Origin: Octopus vulgaris
Lineage: Eukaryota
DNA length: 64,000 nucleotides
Direction: 5' to 3'
Assembly (NCBI GenBank): GCA_951406725.2
Contig: OX597815.1
Span: forward strand, 146,444,001 to 146,508,000
Below are positions 54,901-64,000 of the stretch, in pieces. The notes beneath the pieces are model-generated. The model ran no database searches. It worked only from the letters and a program-made list of their open reading frames with translations, and was not told the DNA's origin. Both the position numbers and the translations under genes were made by a program. Within the stretch, counting starts at the first letter, position 1. Each line of letters begins with the position of its first letter.

Positions 54901-55656
54901 GGCTTTAATGATCCACATCTATTTAACACCTTGCCATAACATCTGAGGGAGCTTCATGGAGTAGTGTTAAGTGCTTTCGAGAAACAACTTGCTCTGCTGT
55001 CCAACATCCAATAATAACATATATCGCGGCTAGAAACTCAAAAGAGGGCAGCTCAGTCGAATTCCCTCCTCCATCAAAAGCCATTCGCGTAACAATGGTC
55101 ACTGAAATGTTGAATACACTGGCAGTGCTCCAAAATGGCCCCAACATTTGCGCTGACTCATAAAAGGAATGAATAAATCTATGCATGTATGTACGTAAGT
55201 ATTATGTATGTATGTATGTATGTATGTATGTATGTATGTATGTATGTATGTATGTACGTACGAATCTATCTATCTATCTATCAATCTATCTCTCTGTCTA
55301 TCTATCTGTCTGTCTGTCTGTCTGTCTATCTATATGTATATTTGTATACACACATACACACATACACACACATATATAAATAAATGTATATATATATATG
55401 TGTGTGTGTGTGTATGTGTTTGAGAGAGAGAGAGAGAGTGAGTGAGTGAGAGAGAGAGAGTGAGTGAGAGAGAGAGAGAGTGAGTGAGAGAGAGAGAGAG
55501 AGTGTGTGTGTGTATGTTTACAGTTATGCATGTATATGTAAGTCTGTATAGATATATGTGCATCCGTAGATTTGAGAAGTTAATGACGAACAGTTGCATA
55601 TGATATTGAAGAAGGTAGTGCTAATTTCATTACTATTATAGGTACATACTGTTTAG

Positions 55657-55850
55657 TCGGTGAGGTGGCTGAATCGTTAGCCCCACCGGGCAAAATGCAT
55701 AGCGGTATTTCGTCCATCTGTACGTTCTGAGTTCAAATTCCGCCGATGTCGACTTTGCATTCAGGGGTCAATAACAAAAATAACAGGTATGAACTCAGAT
55801 CGATGTAATCGACCTACTTCTCTTCCCACGAACTTGGTGGCCTTGTTCCA
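55657..55850 (+). mobile_element. Deu/Nin SINE, diverged
   Basis: ggtgaggtggctgaatcgttagc..gagttcaaattccgccgatgtcgactttgc. Confidence 0.75.
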
Positions 55851-55962
55851 AAACCTAAAATATTTAACCAATATATTTCCATATTTTTGGAAATGTTCAC
55901 ATAACATCCATAAAGCATCTACAATTTTCTTTTAATCTACATACAAATTGAAATAATGTTCC

Positions 55963-56045
55963 ATACGTACTTCTCAATTAAGGAAAAAATTAAATATTCA
56001 TACTTCAAGTATGAATATTTAATTTTTTTCTTAATTCAAAAGTAC

Positions 56046-56049
<4 letters not shown>
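55963..56049. repeat. About 43-bp-arm palindrome abutting (TA)n
   Basis: atacgtactt..aaaaaattaaatattcatactt-c-aagtatgaatatttaatttttt..aagtacgtat. Confidence 0.9.
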
Positions 56050-56103
<54 letters not shown>

Positions 56104-56818
56104 ATAGTAAAGGAACGGGAGATTAAAAAAATGACAATAAATTATGAATTATGAAAAGCTTTCATGAAAATATATTCTAGGAATGATACAAAACTTGTGT
56201 TAATATCATTTAATCACTGATATATTAAATTTAATCTCAGATAAAATCAGCAGTCAGAAATGTGTTCGACGAAGCACCTTTTTTTCAGTTAATCAGATAT
56301 TAAAATGTGGCTACGCACTACTTTAGACCTCACAAACACAACGAAAACAACGAGTACGCGCGCACTCGTACATAAAACACATGGCTACGCGCATAAGCAC
56401 ACGCTCTCTCACTCACCGTTCTAAACTAATAAGAGCTAGATTGCGGTGTCCTTTATATAAATTGTTTCTCAACTGTTGTAGTGTGTAAAGTTAAAGCCTC
56501 TCTCTCCTCGCTGTCTCTATCCCTGTATATACATACAAAACAAGGTATAAAAATTGGTCATTGCAATTTCTTCATCATAGTAAATCTGACTCTGAGCTGT
56601 TTCCGAGAGTCATTTTCGGTTCGTTTTTGATTGGATTACTCACTCGGTCCATTGATCGGTTGAAAAAAAAATTGAGCGACCTCGAAAATTTATGCTACCT
56701 TCATCAGAATCATGGTGCTTTGGTGATGACCAGAAATCGAATAACAAAGAGTAAAAAAAACATTGAGTGGTCTTAGTGTGCTTAATTCGGTCATTACGCA
56801 CAGAAACATTTGTCTTAC

Positions 56819-56918
<100 letters not shown>

Positions 56919-56921
56919 AAG

Positions 56922-57306
56922 TAAAATGAGACAACAAAGCCAAGGCAGTATGAACTTTCTAGGACATTTTATAACAAAATAACAACTCCTACCGGAACTT
57001 CCATTTCATGGACCAGAAGCCTTTTTATCTATTCCACACAACACATTCCTTGGATAATGGAACAAGTTTAACATCCAACACATATCTTTATTTTTATCCT
57101 TATATTTCCCTTTATACTTCCTATATCTCTCCCTTTCCAAAATAACTTCTTATATTGAAATCTACTATTTCCTTCTATTTAACTCTCTCATATCGTCTCT
57201 GATGATAGGATATCTTTTATATCCCTAAAACAGCTGTAAGACTCCCCTTCCCTTTGTAAAATATCTCAGAAATTTCACACTACCTTGGTTTTGTTGTCTC
57301 ATTTTA
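56922..57306 (+). mobile_element. Penelope-like fragment with inverted ends and hammerhead
   Basis: 56922-56974 is approximately the reverse complement of 57253-57306; hammerhead at 57195-57242. Confidence 0.7.
57195..57242 (+). ncRNA. Minimal type I hammerhead, G12A
   Basis: gtct-CTGATGA-taggatat ctttt atatccct-AAAAC-AGCT-GTA-agac. Confidence 0.65.
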
Positions 57307-60300
57307 TTTAACCTACACACGCTTACACCCGACCCGCGTTAGACTCCTCACTCATACTATTATCGAAGCAGGAGTCTAACAGCGATCCTTCTGTAGCACT
57401 TACATAACTTTACGTGCCTTTTGGATCTTCTGGAAACCTGATATAAATGCATGATCCCTTCATTTGAAACCAGCTTCATAAGTGTCGACCCATGAAACCC
57501 GTGAGCCATAAAAAATAAAAGCATAGAAAATTATTCTAAAGCCTACGTAGATGATTATGGCTTTCGATGGACAATTTCGTTAGGCAACTTTGCTTCCTAC
57601 AGAGTGTTTATAACACTGCAATAGCGAAACCTGGCTAACATTAATATCCACCAAGAACCATTGTAATCCACGAAGGCCTTAAAATTACTTTTCGCTGTCT
57701 GTCAAGTTTTTTAATCCAAAGTCCAAACACTAAACAAATTTAGTATAAGATCACAGAGTAAAGTAAAAAAGGTAAAAAACTGGAAAATCATAAATTTTTG
57801 TTTAAATACAGTTTACGCAGATTGAAAAATCTAAAATTCTATGATGTATTCATACATATTGACTTTCCTCATTTTTGATCTATTGAGATTCTACAAAGAT
57901 ATAGAAGTTAAACATCGTCCTATTCTAATCAAAGCTATACCATACTACTTGAAATAGAGAGCAACTGATATGATGATAGTATGTAGTAAATCATAACAAT
58001 ATTTTACGAGTATAAGTATTCGGAATGTATTTCAGCAGACGTACTTAAAAATTGTATTTATCAGATCGTGCTAAAATTGTAATATGATATTTACTTTCTT
58101 TAATCCTACTCTCAACTTGAAGAATCTGTATGTCAAAATTTATCCATTTCTGACCAACTCAAATATACAGAAGAGGTATATTGACCTTAACAGTTCAGTA
58201 GATGATAATATATATATATATATATAGGTCATGAAAGAATGTCATTTGGTCAGTATTAATTCTAAATATAGGCTATGCGTAGATAAAGGACAAGTTGAGT
58301 TAATATAAATTCTAAAGGAAATTAGCCGATATACTTTTCATAAAAGAAGATATTCGATTTGAACAAAATTAAAAATTAGAATAATAATTATAATGTAATT
58401 AAGAGGAACTAAGATAAAAAAGGAATTAAAAGATAAATCAAATAATTAATTCACAAAATAATTAAAGGCAAACAAGGCTTTGTAGAAGTTCAAAAACATA
58501 GCAGGTATTAAACACCCTATGTATAATACCTAATTGACTTTCTAACTTCTCTGATGAGGTCTCTGGATGAGTCTTGGAGACATTCTAATGTAGGCACAAG
58601 GTCTGAAAATTTGGTGGGAGGGGGCTTGTCAATTTCATTTATGTATTCCAAAAGGATGAAAGGCAAAATCGACCACGGCGGAATATGAACTCGGAACTTA
58701 AATATAGACGAATAAGAATAAATATGTAATGTTATAATATGACATATTTAGTCTTATTTGTTTATCTGAGTTCAAATCCCACCGTGATTGGAATCGATAG
58801 ATTAAGCACTGTGTTAAATGAAATTGACAATCGCACAAGAACATGGGTACACACGAAGAAATACACACGTACAGATAGGAATGGAAAAATGTCTTAAACT
58901 GACGTACAAACATAATTAGAGGTTCACACATGCAGATACAGAGAGTGAGAGAAAGAGAGAGGAGAGAGAGAGAGAAAAGCATGCATGCACACACACCGAC
59001 AGTCAGACCTTAAAACACCTAATGTCAATTAAGTCATTGTCACGGTAGCAAATAAGTAGCGCCAAGCAGCTTTGCAAAATTGTCTCATACTTCTCAGATA
59101 ATATTATTTAATATTATAACTTGCTAGGAGTTCACTTATTTAACCAAAATCATGAATAAATACATTCTTTGCCGACCAAGTACAAAGTGTATTATATAAC
59201 TCATAGAAAAACTGCCGAATATTGTTTATGGCATACAGGTGTTTTAAAGATGAAGTAATTCGTAGTACTAGTACATGTAAATTGAAATTGTTATGTGAGA
59301 AATTTGATAGAAGAAATACATCTTCCAGTTTAATAGGAAAGCATTTCTTTGGTAGATAACTTTTGATAATTGAATATCTTATTTGAAGTAGAGTGTGTGA
59401 GAAATCAACCATAATTAGAATATTTTTTAGCTAACGTAAGTAAGTTAAAACGAAGAAAATCCGAGTTCCAGCAAGCATATACGTTTTCATTCTCTAACGT
59501 ATTAATTTTATGTGAACACAGTTACTTGCTTCAAACGTAAATATATATCCACCGTAATTAATTTAATAGAAACTTTAGAATGCGTTCATACAGACCTTAG
59601 ATCATGTGTTCTTTTTTAGTAAGTATGGAACAAAACTCACCTGCAAAAAACGAAAAAAGAAGACAAATTATAAATACTGATATCAAGCGAAACGCAAGAA
59701 TATTATTCTGAGAATAAATTTATAAAATGTATATTTCTGGAAATAGTGCAAAAATACATTTTTGAACGAATAAGAGAAAGATAGCATGCATATTTATTCA
59801 ATATTACTTAACCGGGAGCCATTTATAACTTTTATATAATGTATATAAAATATTGAAAAGCAAACCACTAATAGATATATTGTCAATGTTTGTTTATATC
59901 TCGCTCTGCATAAAATCCTCAGCATTTCCAAAAATGGTGTTGAAAATCAGTGCTACATTTTTGCCTTTTCAAGGTTATTGCTTTCAACAGATGCCATAAA
60001 GGTTTTCATATGTCACAATGAATGATACGAGCTGCATATTAAAATAAATGGTAGAAACGAAGCAATAAATCGCAATAATTAATTAGTTGAATGACATGCC
60101 TTATTTCATTAACTAATTATATCGATTTTCGATTAAGAAATCTAGTTTAAAAGCTGTAAGCTAACTTTAAACCATTCTACAGAAGACAATAAATAAAACA
60201 CAAGTTTTGTATTACATAAAAATACATCTGCCTTTCATCACTACAGCGGTCTATTAAATCATATATACCCTTATTCCCCACACCTCTTGCACATCTTCAT

Positions 60301-62039
60301 TAGCATCATTATAATCATAATGGATACAAATCATCTTCACTTACTCTGCCAAAAATATGGTGAAAGAACTTGTTTTAGACCAGCACTGAATATTAATGCG
60401 GTAGACCTTCATTCAGATAAGCTACTGTTAACTGAAACTATCCAGCATCTAACCGAAAAAAAAAACGCACATGGTAGTGGCTTCTGCCTTTATCTGCATA
60501 GATTGTGAAAAAGAGTGTATGCGTGTATGTGTATGTGTGTGTGCATGCTCATGTGTGTTTGTGTGTGTGGTATGCATGTGTGGGTGGAAAAAAATTGCTT
60601 ACTTCCTCCCAGAATATCAAAGCTCACAGAATAACGTATACCCTTCCACGTTTAGTGACGTCAAAGCTCTCTTCCATACATTTGCTGACGCGCAACAACG
60701 AAAACGCTACACGTCACCAAGTGACTCAGAATTTGTAGGCAACGGGAGAAAGCTGTTTAAGGATAGCATGTGCTTCATGAGGTCGCGAGTGATGATAAGT
60801 CAAATGATTGGTCGATTGCTCTATTAATTGATTAGTCAAGTAATCGGGGTATTACTCGGTTAAAAAAAGTGTGAAAGAGCGAGAAGTATCGACCTCAATA
60901 CATTACTAGTACTTTATATATGGACCCCGAAATAATGAAAGGTTAACTAGATCTCAGATCGTAGAAATCCGTAAAAATAACTCCTGAGCAATTTGTCTGA
61001 TTAAATGAAAATTCAAGAAATAGATGAACAATCTCATCAGCGCTGTACTTAATACTCAGAGGAGACGTTGGTTGCCTAACTGTTATTGTTGATGGAACAA
61101 AACCGTAGTCAGAGCAATGGTACTACGGTACCATTGTCCTGACTTTATTTAAGGCAGTAAGCATAATCTGTAGAAGTTTTGATGCTGCGTTAAGCAGATC
61201 GTACGATTGTTAGGGAATCACTACAGCGATGCGCAGGCATAAATATTAGAACGTATGACTGAATGCTTTACAGCTATCTCTTTCACCTCTCTACCATCAG
61301 AACTGAACTTCAATACGGATCAATTGGCATTGCGCTTCTCTGTGTTCACCAAAGGAAATAGTATTAAATCACTTCCCTAAAGTCGAACTCTTTCCTTTAT
61401 AATCATGAAATCTAAGCCTGGTCAAAAGAAGACAATATTAATTTTCAGATTGTTTTATGCCAATTCACTGTTATTTGTACAGTCTATCTTCCTACCTCGT
61501 TCCTTCCAACTCAATGTTCTTTAACCTAATATCTTCCTAAGTGTATAGAAGCAAGCTCTGTGGTTGTTCAATTGCGCTGATTGATGTTAGTCAATTGAAT
61601 CTCACAATATATTAAGTCCTATGTATCAAACATTATTACATTATATTTCTTCCATAGTTTCTCATAAATGATGTATAACTGGCGTTTACTTATAGGAAGT
61701 CGTCGCAGAGCATCTACGATCATTAAACACAGAATAAACACTTCTTGGAGAAGTAACATTGTTGTGTGTGAAGAATATGAATTCTTGGTTACTGGACCGT
61801 GAAAGAAAAAGAAAATATCCGCTGCTTTAGCACAGAGGTAATAAAAAAAAAAGAAAAATAGAAAAGATGAGAACATTATCAATCAGCTATGCGTGTTTGA
61901 GAAGTAAGGTATCAATTCATTGGAATGTAGATAGTTGTATAAGATATTTGATGTCAATCAAATATAATAGCAATACAAATGCTTGACTACATTCCTTCCG
62001 CCCCGCTTCTATGCTTCATAATCTGTAATCGATCACGAA

Positions 62040-62290
62040 GATAATAATAATAATGATGATGATGATGATGATAGTTATAGTAATAACTATAATAGCAACA
62101 AGAACAATAGACATGATGATAAAAATCCTCATTATCAATATCATCATTATCACCAACATTACAACCGTCATAAACCTCTTCCCTGTACTCCACTTCTTCG
62201 ATATTCCCCTCCTCCTACTGCTCCTTCTCTTGCTCCTCCTCCTCCTCCTTATCATCATCATCCTCATTACGATCGTAAATATCACCAGTA
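62040..62290. repeat. Mixed trinucleotide low-complexity tract
   Basis: (AAT)(GAT)(CAT)(CTC) runs. Confidence 0.85.
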
Positions 62291-62409
62291 CCCACCGTTA
62301 CCACAGCCACTAACAATACTATCATCTTCCTTGTCGTCACTGGCATTTCAGACGTCTCCTTTTCATCTTTCTCTGTACATTATATATATAATGTACAGAA
62401 AAAAAATAT

Positions 62410-62850
62410 ATTTCTTTTATTTCTTTTACTTGTTTCAATCATTTGACCACGGCCACACTGGAGCAGCGCATTAAAGGGGTTTAGTCGAAGAAATCGATCT
62501 CAGGTCTTATTCTTCCTAAGCTTAGTACGTATTCTACCAGTCTTTTACGCCCAACCGGTAAGTTATGGGAGACATAAACACACCACATCGGCGTGGTGGT
62601 AGTGGTGGTGGTGGTGGTGGGAACAATCACACACAAGCATAGACATATATATATACATATATATGTATGTGTGTGTGAGTGTATATATATATACGACGAG
62701 CTTCTTTCAGTCTCCGTCTACCAAATCAACTCCCAAGGCTTTGGTCTGCCCGAGGCTATAGTAGAAAACATTTGCCCAGGGTTTCACAGACATAAGACTG
62801 AACTCAGAACCATGTGGTTGGATAGGAAACTTCTACCACACAGCCACACC
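62410..62850 (-). mobile_element. Full-length CORE-type SINE
   Basis: 3' half at 62410-62630, microsatellite, 5' half at 62693-62850. Confidence 0.85.
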
Positions 62851-63513
62851 TGTACCTATATAAATAAATATATATATAGGTTTTATCAATTCCAGATATT
62901 TGGTCAGGGACCTTCAGTTATGTAACGTGTGTGTGCGTGTGTGCGTGAGTGCGTACGTGTATGTAATTATTAGACAATTTTGTCTTCTACTGTCACATCT
63001 GTGGAATCATGCTGCGATACATGATATTAGACGCAGCTAAAAGACAAACTCCGTATTGCTGCTCCTAATCGTATTTTATCTTCTACTGCTGTGCCGATAG
63101 TTTAATCCGATTTTGCCTTCTATCAACTTTATATTAACCCCTGCTGATGTTTGCTTATGGCAACAACGATCTCGTCAATAATAATAAGAAAAAATTACTG
63201 CCTGCCTTATATTCAATAATCAATAACATTTAAGACGTTTTTCCAATTATATATAATCGATAAATTACTATTGACCCTGGAATGAGTATAGCAACCCAAA
63301 AACGAAGAAAAAAAGAATGCAAAAGAATCAAATACACAAATATTTCAAAGACTTTCCCTTCCGCCCTCTCTTTCCTTCTCTGTTTATCCGTCACACACAC
63401 ACGCACGCATACGTGCGCGCGCATACACCCACTGTCTCTGTCTGTCTGTCTCTCTATATATAGGTATAGAAACGAATATATATATATATATATGTATGCA
63501 TATATACATACAT

Positions 63514-63582
<69 letters not shown>

Positions 63583-63709
63583 ACATTTATTCTTTTATTC
63601 TTTTACTCGTTTCAACTGCGGTCATGCTGGAGCACCACCGTGTTTTATTTAACTCACTCCGACTGTGATGTTTCACATCACTAATCCTGTACGCGCCCTT
63701 GTCTTAGCT

Positions 63710-64000
63710 GTTGGTCTATTTGTCCTAGAAGGGAACTTGATTCCGTTGCCCTTGTCTGCACCTCATATCGTGCTGTTGTTTCATCCGATATTGTGGGGAG
63801 GAGAATGTCTAGTTCCTTTTTGAAGTCATCTACTTCTACCTTTTGCAGATTTCTTAACTTTTGTGGCAGGGCATTGAAGACTGTTGCAGTAACACGCCCT
63901 GAATAGAGATAGAGTGGATGGTAGCTTTAGTACAATACAATTGCGGCCAGTTGTGGCATTTGTATGACATTGAATGCCGAAATTAGGTAGTAGCCGTTGT
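63710..64000 (-). mobile_element. CR1/L2-group LINE C-terminal fragment
   Basis: LPNFGIQCHTNATTGRNCIV..FNALPQKLRNLQKVEVDDFKKELDILL. Confidence 0.75.

Noticed and set aside
56595-56710. Minus-strand CTGATGA..GAAACAGCT
   Set aside because: No NUH triplet, and stems I and II do not pair.

Overview
AT-rich eukaryotic non-coding DNA (intergenic or deep intronic). It is very probably octopus/coleoid cephalopod, inferred from recalled SINE families and the extreme (TA)n/(CA)n/(GTAT)n/(ATCT)n density; no database search was run. I find no intact protein-coding gene and no convincing host exon. Almost all listed ORFs are microsatellite read-through or transposon debris. The window contains CORE-, Deu/Nin- and Meta-type SINEs; decayed RTE, CR1/L2 and R4/Dong-like LINE ends; several Tc1/mariner relics (including a DD37D maT copy); a hAT MITE; a non-autonomous Helitron; and a tRNA pseudogene. 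The strongest hidden signal is about a dozen short 3'-end fragments from several families that resemble Penelope-like element (PLE) pseudo-LTRs. Most abut a (TA)n tract, and many carry type I hammerhead ribozyme (HHR) motifs; the one at 20727-20809 (minus) has a fully canonical core. Two fragments start at or near the predicted self-cleavage site, and several fold back into palindromes. The same (TA)n tracts also hold inverted or direct copies of their own flanking DNA. Coordinates were read by eye, so ends of decayed elements are approximate.
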